Virus record (IMG/VR): IMGVR_UViG_3300032087_002755
Reading direction: 5' to 3' (one strand)
Source: a virus
Length of the DNA stretch: 64,000 nucleotides
Shown piece by piece: positions 46,890-57,059 of this stretch. Made by a program: the position numbers and the translations under genes. Below the pieces are notes generated by a model that saw nothing but the letters and a program-made list of their open reading frames with translations, had not been told where the DNA came from and searched no databases. How positions within the stretch are numbered: the first letter of the stretch is position 1; each line of letters opens with the position of its first letter.

Positions 46890-48483
46890 TTCAAAAAATG
46901 AAGGTTATCTAGGTAATAATCTAATCAAAAGAGCTGGGATTGAAACCCAGTATACTAAAAAACAGATGGCAGAATACTTAAAGTGTTCTGAAGAACCTGC
47001 TCATTTTATAGAAAATTATACACAAATTATATCACTGGACGAGGGTATGGTTCCCTTTACACTTCGTGGATATCAAGAAGACCTAATCAAACACTATGAT
47101 AAAAACCGTTTCAATGTGGTTCTTGCAAGTAGACAGAGTGGTAAATCAATTACTTCTTGTGCATATTTGTTATGGTTCTTACTATTTAAACCCGAAGTCA
47201 CTGTAGCAGTTCTTGCTAACAAAGGTGCAATTGCAAGGGAAATGATTGCACGTATCGTAACCATGTTAGAGTCTGTTCCATTCTTCCTACAGCCTGGTGT
47301 TAAGATTCTAAACAAAGGGTCAATAGAATTTGCAAATGATAGTAAAGTCGTTGCAGCTGCAACTTCTTCAAGTTCAATTCGTGGACTATCAATTAACTTA
47401 CTATATCTAGACGAGTTTGCATTCGTAGACGATGCAGAGACATTCTATACTGCAACATATCCCGTGGTCACATCAGGTAAAGACTCAAAGGTTATTATTA
47501 CCTCAACTGCAAACGGTGTGGGTAATATGTTCCACAAGATATATGAAAGTGCAGTACACGAACAATCGGAATATAAATCCTTTCTTATCAACTGGTATGA
47601 CGTGCCAGGCAGAGACGAGGAATGGAAGAAAGAAACTATTGCAAACACTTCAGAAGCACAATTTGAACAAGAGTATGGTAACAGTTTCTTAGGAACAGGT
47701 AATACACTTATCAATTCTAATACACTACTTGGTATGAGAGCGTTAGAACCTGATTGGAATAAAGACAATCTGTTTCTTTATGAAAAACCAAAAGAAGGTC
47801 ATAGATATGTTTGTACGGTAGACGTATCTAAGGGTAGAGGTATGGACTTCTCTTCGTTTACAATTATAGATGTGACTACAAGTCCCTTTAAACAAGTGTG
47901 TTGCTATAGAGATAATATGATAAGTCCTCTTCTCTTCCCCGATATTATAAATAAGTATGTTAAACATTATAATGAACCAATCGTTATTATTGAAAATAAT
48001 GCAGAGGGTGGAACAGTAGCAAATCAATTGCACTATGACATAGAATATCCGAATGTTTTTGTCCAAGGACAATTAAAAGCGGAAGACATAGGAGTGACTA
48101 TGTCCCGTAAAATTAAACGTATCGGTTGTTCCACACTGAAAGAGTTATTAGAAGAGAATAGACTTATCCTTAACGATAGACACACGATTACAGAACTTAT
48201 GACTTTTGTCCATAAGGGAAATAGTTGGGAAGCGGATAGAGGTTATAATGACGATATGGTCATGAATTTGGTGTTATTCAGTTGGTTTGTAACGACTGAA
48301 TACTTTTATCATTTAACAGATACACAAGTTAAAGATTTATTGTATTCAGAACAACAAAGGTTAATCGAAGATGATTTACTACCAGCTGGTATATTTGACG
48401 GGGAGACCCAGTCAGATACCTTTGTGGACACTGAAGGAGACCGTTGGTATCATAAAAATATGGATATACCAATTAAATTATAG
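46882..48483 (+). CDS. gp17: Terminase large subunit
   Basis: SRQSGKS Walker A, YLDEFAF Walker B, ITSTANG, DVSKG, DDMVM. Confidence 0.96.
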   Translation: MTDSKNEGYLGNNLIKRAGIETQYTKKQMAEYLKCSEEPAHFIENYTQIISLDEGMVPFTLRGYQEDLIKHYDKNRFNVVLASRQSGKSITSCAYLLWFLLFKPEVTVAVLANKGAIAREMIARIVTMLESVPFFLQPGVKILNKGSIEFANDSKVVAAATSSSSIRGLSINLLYLDEFAFVDDAETFYTATYPVVTSGKDSKVIITSTANGVGNMFHKIYESAVHEQSEYKSFLINWYDVPGRDEEWKKETIANTSEAQFEQEYGNSFLGTGNTLINSNTLLGMRALEPDWNKDNLFLYEKPKEGHRYVCTVDVSKGRGMDFSSFTIIDVTTSPFKQVCCYRDNMISPLLFPDIINKYVKHYNEPIVIIENNAEGGTVANQLHYDIEYPNVFVQGQLKAEDIGVTMSRKIKRIGCSTLKELLEENRLILNDRHTITELMTFVHKGNSWEADRGYNDDMVMNLVLFSWFVTTEYFYHLTDTQVKDLLYSEQQRLIEDDLLPAGIFDGETQSDTFVDTEGDRWYHKNMDIPIKL

Positions 48484-48502
48484 TTGTTGGGTTATTTAAA
48501 GT

Positions 48503-48510
48503 TATAAATA
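48503..48510 (+). promoter_or_regulatory. Late promoter TATAAATA (gp18)
   Basis: Exact consensus. Confidence 0.8.
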
Positions 48511-48549
48511 AAACAGTAAACAACTTTTTACATTAACAGGAGTAAAAGT

Positions 48550-50538
48550 ATGGCATTTCAAGTATCACCAGGCGTTCAGGTCTCCGAGATAGACCTGACT
48601 AATGTTGTTCCAGCCGTTTCATCGACTACAGGTGCATTTGCTGGACATTTCCAATGGGGCCCTGTTGGTGAAGTAGTAACAGTTTCAGATTCAAAGGGTT
48701 TAGTTGATAATTTCTATCAACCTGCTAATTCCGACGCTGGAGCAGAGGACTTCTATTCAGCGGAAGCATTTCTAAAGTATGGTTCATCACTTAGAGTCGT
48801 TAGAATCAACACATCTCAATTAAACAATGCAAACTCATCAAGTGGGACTGCATTACTAAAGAACAATGACGATTATGTCAATACTTACCAAGACGGTTCA
48901 CAAGCTGGAACAGTTGGTAATTGGACTGCAAAATACGCAGGTTCTTTAGGAAACTCATTAAAAGTATCAGTATGTGGGTCTTCAGACGCATATTTCAATG
49001 ATGCAGTAACAACAACCTCTTCACAAGAGTCAGTTGGACAGACAACCATTTCGGTTACTGATTCATCAGTTTTCTTTGTAAGAGACATTGTTAAGTTTGC
49101 TGGTCATAATACTGAATACAGAGTAACTTCAAAACCCGATGGAACTTCAATAGTAGTTGAAGCAATCGGTCAACCTGCTGGAACAGGTCTAACTGCATTA
49201 GTTGCCTCAGGTGCTAACGTAGATAGATATTGGGAATTCTACAGTTCATTCGATAAAGCACCTGCTACATCGGGTACTGCAACTGCCGCTGGTGGTTCAG
49301 CTGACGAAATTCACATAGTAGTTTCAGACGAAGACGGAGAATTCTCAGGAATTAAAAACACAATTTTAGAAACTTATGGTTTCGTATCACTTGCATCAGA
49401 TAGTAAAGACAGTCAAGGACAATCAAACTACTACAAAAACGTAGTTGCAAGAAGTTCAGACTACATTTACTGGTCAGGTCATTCAACAGACCTACTTACA
49501 ACTGCAAATGAAACAAGAACACACTTACAATCTGCTACAACAGCTTTTGGAAGACCTTCTTCAGTTATAATTTCATCACTTGGTGGTGGAGTAGACGGAA
49601 GAGTTCCTACTGCTGGTGAGAAATATGGTGCATATCAAGACCATTTCGGTGATGCAGAAACAGTAGACGTGTCATTCTTAATCGTAGGTTCAACAAGAAC
49701 AGATAATGGTTCAGGAGTTTCACAAGACATTCTTGCAGACCACAATTCAATTGTTAACCAAATTATTCAAATTGCAGAAAACAGAAAAGACTGCATGGTT
49801 ATATGTTCACCTAGACGTGCATCAGTAGTTGGTGTATCAAGTGAATCAACACAATCAACAAACGTTATTGCTGACTACGCTTCAGTCACTTCTTCCTCAT
49901 ATGCAGTGTTAGACAGTGGTTGGGTGTACCAATATGATAGATATAACGACAAATACTGCTACGTGCCCTCTAACGGTCATACAGCAGGTATTATGGCAAG
50001 GTCAGACTTATTAAGAGACCCATGGTTTTCACCTGCTGGTTTCTCAAGAGGTCAATACCTAGGTATTACTAAACTTGCGTTCAATCCTTCACAATCATCT
50101 AGAGATGACTTATATCGTGCAAGGATTAATCCAATTGTTACCTTCCCAGGCCAAGGTACAGTATTATTTGGAGATAAAACAGCACTAACTTCACCTTCTG
50201 CCTTTGATAGAATCAACGTAAGAAGGTTGTTCATAGTATTAGAAAAAGCAATCGCAGTTGCAGCGAAATCACAACTCTTTGAATTCAACGATGCATTCAC
50301 AAGAGCTCAGTTCCGTGCTGCTGTAGAACCTTTCCTAAGAGACGTTAAGAACAGACGAGGTCTAGTAGACTTCTCAGTATTATGTGATGAAACTAACAAC
50401 ACTGATACAGTTATAGATAGAAATGAATTTGTATGTTCTATCTTTGTGAAACCTGCTAGAAGTATTAATTTTATAACTTTAAACTTTGTTGCTGCTAGAA
50501 GTGGTGTCGAGTTTGAAGAAATTTACAGTGCAGTTTAA
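48550..50538 (+). CDS. gp18: Tail sheath protein
   Basis: SPGV...EIDLT, WGP, PWFSPAG..RG, FDRINVRRLF, FEFND. Confidence 0.96.
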   Translation: MAFQVSPGVQVSEIDLTNVVPAVSSTTGAFAGHFQWGPVGEVVTVSDSKGLVDNFYQPANSDAGAEDFYSAEAFLKYGSSLRVVRINTSQLNNANSSSGTALLKNNDDYVNTYQDGSQAGTVGNWTAKYAGSLGNSLKVSVCGSSDAYFNDAVTTTSSQESVGQTTISVTDSSVFFVRDIVKFAGHNTEYRVTSKPDGTSIVVEAIGQPAGTGLTALVASGANVDRYWEFYSSFDKAPATSGTATAAGGSADEIHIVVSDEDGEFSGIKNTILETYGFVSLASDSKDSQGQSNYYKNVVARSSDYIYWSGHSTDLLTTANETRTHLQSATTAFGRPSSVIISSLGGGVDGRVPTAGEKYGAYQDHFGDAETVDVSFLIVGSTRTDNGSGVSQDILADHNSIVNQIIQIAENRKDCMVICSPRRASVVGVSSESTQSTNVIADYASVTSSSYAVLDSGWVYQYDRYNDKYCYVPSNGHTAGIMARSDLLRDPWFSPAGFSRGQYLGITKLAFNPSQSSRDDLYRARINPIVTFPGQGTVLFGDKTALTSPSAFDRINVRRLFIVLEKAIAVAAKSQLFEFNDAFTRAQFRAAVEPFLRDVKNRRGLVDFSVLCDETNNTDTVIDRNEFVCSIFVKPARSINFITLNFVAARSGVEFEEIYSAV

Positions 50539-50548
50539 GGAGAAATAA

Positions 50549-51046
50549 ATGGCAACTATAGACCAATTTAAAGCACAACTTATCGGTGGAGGCCCACGTG
50601 CTAACCGATTTAAAGTTTTTATACCAAGAGCTGGTAATAAGATTGAGTTCTTATGTAAAGCTGCTAATATCCCAGCAGGAACTTTAGGAGAAGTTGTAGT
50701 TCCTTTCAGAGGACACAATCTTAAACTTGCTGGTGAGAGAACATTCGAAGATTGGCAGATTACAGTAATCAACGATGTTGAGTTCTCAGTAAGAAGTGGT
50801 CTAGAAGCATGGCAAGAAGAGATTCAAGCTATGGATAGTGGAGAAGGTTCAACCTCTACAGACTATCTTATTTCTAGAGCCTTTGTAGAACAATTAAACA
50901 AAGATGATTCTGTCCTTGCGAGATACGAGTTTTTCAACATGTTCCCTAAAAATATAGGTGCAATCGAACTATCTTACGATACAGTTGATGCACTTGAGGA
51001 ATTTACAGTTGACTTTACTTTTTCTCACTGGGAAAGAGTTCAATAA
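50549..51046 (+). CDS. gp19: Tail tube protein
   Basis: GGG.R.N.F.V, LCKAA..P, FRG..LK.AG.RTF.DW..T..ND. Confidence 0.95.
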   Translation: MATIDQFKAQLIGGGPRANRFKVFIPRAGNKIEFLCKAANIPAGTLGEVVVPFRGHNLKLAGERTFEDWQITVINDVEFSVRSGLEAWQEEIQAMDSGEGSTSTDYLISRAFVEQLNKDDSVLARYEFFNMFPKNIGAIELSYDTVDALEEFTVDFTFSHWERVQ

Positions 51047-51078
51047 CGTTTACCGTGAAAAAGACCACTATAATGTGG

Positions 51079-51086
51079 TATAAATA
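51079..51086 (+). promoter_or_regulatory. Late promoter TATAAATA (gp20)
   Basis: Exact consensus. Confidence 0.75.
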
Positions 51087-51091
51087 TTAGT

Positions 51092-52627
51092 ATGGAAATT
51101 TTAGGTTTTGAAATAAATCGTAAGAAAGACGATTTAAGAACGACAGAGGACAAGAATCAAAAGTCCTTTGTCCCACCAGTTGACGATGACGGGACTCCCG
51201 TCATTGAACAACAAAGTGGTTTCGTATCGGGTGCAGCCTATGGGTCGTATGTCGATATGGAAGGTGGTGTCAAGAATGAGGCAGAACTCATTCGTAGATA
51301 CCGAGAAACCTCTTTGGTTCCCGAGTGTGATTCGGCAATCGAAGATATAGTCAATGAGTGTATCACTTCTGACACATCAGATAAGATAGTGACCCTTGAC
51401 CTCAGAGATGTAAAACTCTCTGACAGTATCAAATCGAAGATACAAGAAGAGTTTAATCACATCTTATCTCTAATGAAGTTCAATCAGAACTCTCATGAAT
51501 TATTCAGAAAATGGTACGTAGATGGAAGGATATACTTCCATAAGGTTGTTGATAGTAAACGACCTAAGTTAGGATTAGTAGACCTAAGAAATATTGACCC
51601 GATTAAAATTAAGAAGGTTAGAAATATTGAAAAGGAAAAAGACCCTAAGACTAAGATAGATAGAATTAAAAGGGTTGAAGAATTCTTTATGTTTAACGAC
51701 AGAGGATTCGATAAATCTACTGCGACCGAAGGGACGACAGTTAAAATTGCACCTGAAGCTGTAACATATACAACTTCGGGTTTACTTGACTACACTAAAA
51801 ATGTAGTTATCGGGTATCTGCACAAAGCATTGAAGACTGCAAATCAGTTAGCAATGTTGGAAGATGCACTTGTTATCTATAGGATATCAAGAGCTCCCGA
51901 AAGAAGGATATTCTACATTGACGTAGGTAACCTTCCAAAAGCAAAGGCAGAACAGTATCTTGCAGACGTTATGAACCGATACAAAAACAAATTGGTTTAT
52001 AATGCAGATACAGGTGAAATCAAAGACGATAGAAAACATATGAGTATGTTGGAAGATTTTTGGTTACCTAGAAGAGAAGGTGGTAGAGGAACAGAGATTA
52101 CTACACTTCCAGGCGGACAGAATTTAGATGATATTGCAGATATAGAATACTTTAAGAAGAAACTATATCAATCACTAAATGTTCCTGCCTCTAGAATGGA
52201 AGCAGACAATGGATTCAATATGGGTCGTGCGTCTGAAATTTCTAGAGACGAACTTAAATTTAATAAGTTCACAAACAGACTTCAGAAGAAGTTTGCAAGA
52301 GTTTTTACAGATATTCTTAAGACACAATTAGTTCTTAAGGAAATCACAACTGGAGACGAATTTGATGAAATCAAAGACTTTCTTCAGTACGACTTTGCAA
52401 CGGACAACCACTTTACAGAGTTGAAAGATGCAGAGATAATAAGAGAGAGATTAGATACTCTCTCAAATATTTCCGACTATGTTGGGGAGTATTTTTCTAA
52501 AGAATATGTTAGAAAATACATTCTAAGACAGACGGAAGAAGACATTAAATTAATTGATAAACAAATCTCCAAAGAAGGAGAGGGACAATCAGATGAAAAA
52601 GGCGAAGATGACTTCGGAGGATTTTAA
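51092..52627 (+). CDS. gp20: Portal protein
   Basis: WYVDGR, EDALVIYR..RAPERRIFYIDVGNLPK.KAEQY, EDFWLPRREGGRGTEI.TLPGG. Confidence 0.97.
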   Translation: MEILGFEINRKKDDLRTTEDKNQKSFVPPVDDDGTPVIEQQSGFVSGAAYGSYVDMEGGVKNEAELIRRYRETSLVPECDSAIEDIVNECITSDTSDKIVTLDLRDVKLSDSIKSKIQEEFNHILSLMKFNQNSHELFRKWYVDGRIYFHKVVDSKRPKLGLVDLRNIDPIKIKKVRNIEKEKDPKTKIDRIKRVEEFFMFNDRGFDKSTATEGTTVKIAPEAVTYTTSGLLDYTKNVVIGYLHKALKTANQLAMLEDALVIYRISRAPERRIFYIDVGNLPKAKAEQYLADVMNRYKNKLVYNADTGEIKDDRKHMSMLEDFWLPRREGGRGTEITTLPGGQNLDDIADIEYFKKKLYQSLNVPASRMEADNGFNMGRASEISRDELKFNKFTNRLQKKFARVFTDILKTQLVLKEITTGDEFDEIKDFLQYDFATDNHFTELKDAEIIRERLDTLSNISDYVGEYFSKEYVRKYILRQTEEDIKLIDKQISKEGEGQSDEKGEDDFGGF

Positions 52628-52630
52628 TAA

Positions 52631-52816
52631 ATGAGTAGTGAAATTGCAAAAGAAATAGTCAATTCAATTGAAGCAGGTAAGTTAGATACTGCAAAAGACC
52701 AAGTCTTTGACGGAATCAAACAAAAATCTGCAGAAGCAATCGACATGAAAAGAGTCGAAATGCAAGTAGATTGGATGGATAAATCTCAAGATGAACCGAC
52801 AGGTGAAGCTCAGTAA
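52631..52816 (+). CDS. Small prohead core-like protein (gp67 position)
   Basis: Synteny after portal; acidic, helical. Confidence 0.5.
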   Translation: MSSEIAKEIVNSIEAGKLDTAKDQVFDGIKQKSAEAIDMKRVEMQVDWMDKSQDEPTGEAQ

Positions 52817-53121
52817 TGAAATCGTTTGCAGAAATCAGTGTTGAGTTAAACGAGGCAAAGTTTAAATTACCTCGTGGACACAAAGAACTGAAATCTGATG
52901 TTGTAAAGATTGGTGGTAAGAATATTAAGATTACTTACACCGAGTATAGGGGTAAAGTTCATGTATACGTAGATGGACAGGACTTCGGAGGTGCAACATA
53001 CAAGGATTTAAAATCTGCAGAGACGGAAATGAAATCCATGAAGAGTGTCATAAAACAAATGTCAGAAGAAGAAAATATAGACATAGAGGAAATTTTCAAT
53101 GAAATTAATATCAGAGTTTAA
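52816..53121 (+). CDS. Prohead core-like protein (gp68 position)
   Basis: Synteny; MKSF.E...L.EA N-terminus with candidate gp21 cleavage site. Confidence 0.5.
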   Translation: MKSFAEISVELNEAKFKLPRGHKELKSDVVKIGGKNIKITYTEYRGKVHVYVDGQDFGGATYKDLKSAETEMKSMKSVIKQMSEEENIDIEEIFNEINIRV

Positions 53122-53752
53122 TGACTACAGTGTTTCTCCAGTAATTATAGAGGAGAACGAAAAAGGACAAAAAGAATACTTTATTGAAGGTATTTTTATG
53201 CAATCCGAAATTAAAAACCGTAACGGAAGAGTATATCCTAAAGAGGTTATGCAGAAAGAAGTAAAACGTTACGTAAAAGAATTCGTTGAAAAGGATAGAG
53301 CATTCGGTGAGTTAGGACACCCCGAAGGGCCGACTATCAATTTAGACAAAGTGTCTCATATGATTACCAAATTAGAAGAAGATGGTAACAATTATGTGGG
53401 ACGTGCAAAGATTTTAAGCACACCAAACGGTCAAATCGTAAGAAATTTAATCGATGACGGTGCTAAATTGGGAGTATCATCTCGTGGACTTGGTTCACTA
53501 GAACAGAAAGGTGGTGCTCAATATGTAAAAGATGACTTTCAACTTGCAACAGCAGGTGATATCGTTGCAGACCCTTCTGCACCTGAAGCTTTCGTTAACG
53601 GAATTATGGAAGGTACAGAGTGGGTATATGAGAACGGATTACTTACTGCAAGACAATTTGACCAAATGCGGGACGAAATACGGTCTGCGAAGTCAAATAA
53701 GTTGGAAGAAGTCACAATTAGACAATGGAAGAGGTTCGTTGAGAGTCTCTAA
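53099..53752 (+). CDS. gp21: Prohead protease
   Basis: IEGIFMQ...KNRNGRVYP, GELGHP, GVSSRGLGS, D.VADPSAP.A. Confidence 0.96.
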   Translation: MKLISEFNDYSVSPVIIEENEKGQKEYFIEGIFMQSEIKNRNGRVYPKEVMQKEVKRYVKEFVEKDRAFGELGHPEGPTINLDKVSHMITKLEEDGNNYVGRAKILSTPNGQIVRNLIDDGAKLGVSSRGLGSLEQKGGAQYVKDDFQLATAGDIVADPSAPEAFVNGIMEGTEWVYENGLLTARQFDQMRDEIRSAKSNKLEEVTIRQWKRFVESL

Positions 53753-53754
53753 CA

Positions 53755-53762
53755 TATAAATA
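53755..53762 (+). promoter_or_regulatory. Late promoter TATAAATA (gp22-gp23)
   Basis: Exact consensus. Confidence 0.8.
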
Positions 53763-53790
53763 AAAAAGTAAACTCAAACAGGAGAAAAAC

Positions 53791-55143
53791 ATGGCAGAGT
53801 TAGAAACAAACCTAGATACAGTTGAAGAAACTGTAGATGCATTAGAGGAAGGTCAACAGCCTAACGCTAAAGCAGAAGATGGTGACAAGAAGCCAGTAAA
53901 ACAAGGGTCATCCGACGCTGAGAAAATCGAAAGCGGAAAGGGTGATGTCGTCAAACCTGAAGAAAATCCTGTTGACAAAGCTGTTGCATCAGTAAAAGCT
54001 GCTGAGAAAGCTCCTTCTAACGAAGGTGACGCTCAGAAGAAAGGTGCAGACAAACCTGAAAAGATGGAAAAAATCAAAGAAGGTGAAGAAGATTCTAAGA
54101 AAGATGTTGCTACAACATCTAAAATGGAGAACATTAAAGCTATCGTCAACAATATGAAGGAAATGACTAAAGAAGAACTTCAAAAAACTTTTGGTGAAAT
54201 ATCAGAAGACGAAGTTGACGAAACCTTGACAAAAGCAGAAGTCGCTAGAAAAATCGTTGAAACACTTAAATCAATGGACGAAGCACAAGTTGCTAAGTTT
54301 GCTGAGAAGTATGAAGACGAAGAAGAAGAAGAACACGAAGAAGAAGTCAAAGAAGAATCTGTTGACGAGGAAACTTCTGCAGCTCTAGAATCTTCATTAG
54401 TCGAGATAGAAGTAGAAGACGACCTATCTGCAATCTCAGAAGCACTTGACCTTTCAGAAGAAAATCAAGAAAAAGCTAAAACAATCTTCAAAGCAGCTGT
54501 AACATCAAAAGTTACAGAAATTAAAGAACAACTTGAGTCTCAATACTCAGAAGAATTAAAAACCTCAGTAGAGAAAGTTAAAGGTGACCTTGCGGAAGCA
54601 GTTGACAAGTATCTTACTTATTGTGCAGACGAGTGGACGAAAGAAAACGAACTTGCTATAGAAAGAGGTTTGAGGTCTGAGATGACTGAAAACTTTATCG
54701 AAGGATTAAAAACATTGTTCGTAGAACACTATGTTGACGTTCCTGAAGATAAGTATAACGTTATCGATGAACTCGCAAATCGTCTCGATGAGATGGAAGA
54801 AAAACTTGACAGTGAAGTGTCTAAAAACATGGAAATTGTTGAAGAAAACGACCAACTTAAGAGAAGTAACGTGATAAGAGAAGCCTGCAAAGACTTATCT
54901 GAATCACAAAAAGAGAAAATGGAATCATTATCAAATGGTGTAGACTTTAAAGATATCGAAGACTTTCAAGAGAAAGTACAAGAAATCAAAGAAGCTTACT
55001 TCCCAGTTGAAGGTGAGTCCATCTCTGAAGACACTATAATTGAAGAAGGAACTGGTGAAATATCAGAAGATAAAGAACCTGTTTTAGACCCTTCAATTGC
55101 TAGATATTCAGAGGCATTATCAAAACTTAAACCATTAGGTTAA
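53791..55143 (+). CDS. gp22: Prohead core scaffold (long acidic N-terminal extension)
   Basis: KA.TIF.AAV, VD.YL.Y...EW..EN..A.E.G...E..E.F..GLK.LF.EH. Confidence 0.9.
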   Translation: MAELETNLDTVEETVDALEEGQQPNAKAEDGDKKPVKQGSSDAEKIESGKGDVVKPEENPVDKAVASVKAAEKAPSNEGDAQKKGADKPEKMEKIKEGEEDSKKDVATTSKMENIKAIVNNMKEMTKEELQKTFGEISEDEVDETLTKAEVARKIVETLKSMDEAQVAKFAEKYEDEEEEEHEEEVKEESVDEETSAALESSLVEIEVEDDLSAISEALDLSEENQEKAKTIFKAAVTSKVTEIKEQLESQYSEELKTSVEKVKGDLAEAVDKYLTYCADEWTKENELAIERGLRSEMTENFIEGLKTLFVEHYVDVPEDKYNVIDELANRLDEMEEKLDSEVSKNMEIVEENDQLKRSNVIREACKDLSESQKEKMESLSNGVDFKDIEDFQEKVQEIKEAYFPVEGESISEDTIIEEGTGEISEDKEPVLDPSIARYSEALSKLKPLG

Positions 55144-55163
55144 TTTAAAGGAGAATAAAAACA

Positions 55164-56459
55164 ATGTTTTTATCAGAAAACTTACAAGATAAGTGGTCGC
55201 CGATTCTAGAACACTCCGATTTACCAAAAATCGAAGATAACTACAAACGTGCAGTCACAGCTGTTATCCTTGAAAACCAAGAAAAAGCTCTAAACGAAGA
55301 CAGAGCTACTCTTGCAGAAGCAGCACCTTTAAATTCCACAGGTACAGGTATTTCTAACTGGGATCCAATCTTGATTTCATTAGTAAGACGTGCCATGCCA
55401 AATCTCGTTGCATACGACATTTGCGGTGTTCAACCAATGACCGGCCCAACTGGACTTATATTTGCTATGAAAGCAAGATATAACGATGACGTTGACGCTG
55501 ATAGACTGAATACATCAGAAGCTTTACATAACGAAGCTAGAACTGATTACTCAGCATCTGCTCAAACAACATCAACTTCAGTAGGAAGCGACCACTCAGG
55601 AGACCCATTCAATGGTTCTTATGCGTCACAGACTTCTGCGGGTATGTCTACAGCTTCAGCAGAATCACTAGGTGATGGTGCTGGAAACCATTTTGCTGAA
55701 ATGGCATTCTCAATCGAGAAAGCTACAGTGACAGCAAAGTCAAGAGCACTTAAAGCGGAATATTCATTAGAATTAGCACAAGACCTCAAAGCAATCCACG
55801 GTCTTGATGCAGAATCAGAACTTGCAAACATTCTATCATCAGAAATCCTTGCTGAAATAAACAGGGAAGTTGTGAGAAGTGTTAACAACCAAGCGAAAAC
55901 AGGTGCAGCTGCTACAGCTGTTGCTGGTACTTTCAACTTGGACGTTGATGCTAACGGTAGATGGTCTGTAGAAAAGTTCAAAGGACTATTGTTCCAAATC
56001 GAAAGAGAATCAAATGTTATTGCTAAAGAAACAAGAAGAGGAAAAGGAAACTTTATTCTTTGTTCTTCTGATGTTGCTTCAGCACTATCAATGGCTGGTG
56101 TATTAGATTACGCACCTGCTCTTTCAACCAACTTAAACGTTGACGACACAGGTAATACTTTTGCTGGTGTATTAAACGGAAGAGTTAAAGTATACGTTGA
56201 CCCATATGCGTCTTCAGACTACTTAACAGTTGGTTACAGAGGTTCAAATCCTTATGACGCTGGATTATTCTATTGCCCATACGTTCCATTACAAATGGTT
56301 CGTGCAGTTGGTGAGAATACATTCCAACCAAAAATTGGTTTCAAAACAAGATACGGAATGGTATCTAATCCTTTCGTTGGTTCAACACCAGCAGACGGAC
56401 TTGCTTCAGCAGGAACAAACCAATACTACAGAAAATTTGCAGTATCAAACATTCTGTAA
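55164..56459 (+). CDS. gp23: Major capsid protein
   Basis: LVRRAMP, GVQPMTGPTGLIFA, SRALKAEYS.ELAQDLKAIHGLDAE.EL, YCPYVPL, FQPKIGFKTRYG. Confidence 0.98.
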   Translation: MFLSENLQDKWSPILEHSDLPKIEDNYKRAVTAVILENQEKALNEDRATLAEAAPLNSTGTGISNWDPILISLVRRAMPNLVAYDICGVQPMTGPTGLIFAMKARYNDDVDADRLNTSEALHNEARTDYSASAQTTSTSVGSDHSGDPFNGSYASQTSAGMSTASAESLGDGAGNHFAEMAFSIEKATVTAKSRALKAEYSLELAQDLKAIHGLDAESELANILSSEILAEINREVVRSVNNQAKTGAAATAVAGTFNLDVDANGRWSVEKFKGLLFQIERESNVIAKETRRGKGNFILCSSDVASALSMAGVLDYAPALSTNLNVDDTGNTFAGVLNGRVKVYVDPYASSDYLTVGYRGSNPYDAGLFYCPYVPLQMVRAVGENTFQPKIGFKTRYGMVSNPFVGSTPADGLASAGTNQYYRKFAVSNIL

Positions 56460-56478
56460 TCGAATTAGATTTCGAACT

Positions 56479-56506
56479 AAAGGGGACTTTCGAGTCCCCT
56501 TTTTTT
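56479..56506 (+). terminator. Rho-independent terminator after gp23
   Basis: AGGGGACT-TTCG-AGTCCCCT + T-tract. Confidence 0.9.
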
Positions 56507-56570
56507 ATGCACTAAATAATAGGTAACATTAAGTTACAGACATAAACACACATACACACAGGAGGAAATT

Positions 56571-56786
56571 ATGTCAAACGGAAAATCAGGGTTCGAAATC
56601 AGAGCCGAATTACTAAACCAAGCACAAGGTATACTGGAAGGTAATATCTATCGTAATAACGAGGCAGTTGTTGAACACAATAACAACTTCCCGAATGATA
56701 GAAAACCTTACGGTGACCAATTTGTGTCAACGGAAGACGTTATCTCAGTTGCAAGACAATTAAACGAATTTGTAAACGAGAAGTAA
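56571..56786 (+). CDS. Small hypothetical protein (FEIRxELL family)
   Basis: Strong RBS AGGAGG; clean ORF. Confidence 0.7.
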   Translation: MSNGKSGFEIRAELLNQAQGILEGNIYRNNEAVVEHNNNFPNDRKPYGDQFVSTEDVISVARQLNEFVNEK

Positions 56787-56787
56787 C

Positions 56788-56795
56788 TATAAATA
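56788..56795 (+). promoter_or_regulatory. Late promoter TATAAATA (56841-gp3)
   Basis: Exact consensus, followed by hairpin GGGGTGGA-ATGA-TTCACCCC. Confidence 0.7.
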
Positions 56796-56840
56796 GTATT
56801 GTGGGGTGGAATGATTCACCCCCTTTAGAAGAGAACAATT

Positions 56841-57059
56841 ATGACAGATTATGAAAGAACAGTGAAAGTTTTAGAAGGGCCGTGGTCAACTAAAGCATTC
56901 CCACAAGGTGAAGAAACAACCGAAGGTATTATTAGTAGAAAAATTACTACACTATATGAAAAGGACGGATATCTATGTGAAGAAATCGTCACTAGAGAAT
57001 ATAGAGATGGTGATTACTTTGACACCTCAGTAAACAAAAGGGTATTAAAACTTGACTGA
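56841..57059 (+). CDS. Small hypothetical protein
   Basis: Late promoter upstream; overlaps gp3 start. Confidence 0.6.
   Translation: MTDYERTVKVLEGPWSTKAFPQGEETTEGIISRKITTLYEKDGYLCEEIVTREYRDGDYFDTSVNKRVLKLD

Noticed and set aside
46882-56459. Introns, inteins or homing endonucleases in gp17-gp23
   Set aside because: Genes are uninterrupted and of expected length; no HNH/GIY-YIG/LAGLIDADG ORF seen
38911-56506. Identical GGGACTTTCGAGTCCC core at 38915 and 56483 as a mobile repeat
   Set aside because: Both are ordinary UUCG-loop intrinsic terminators
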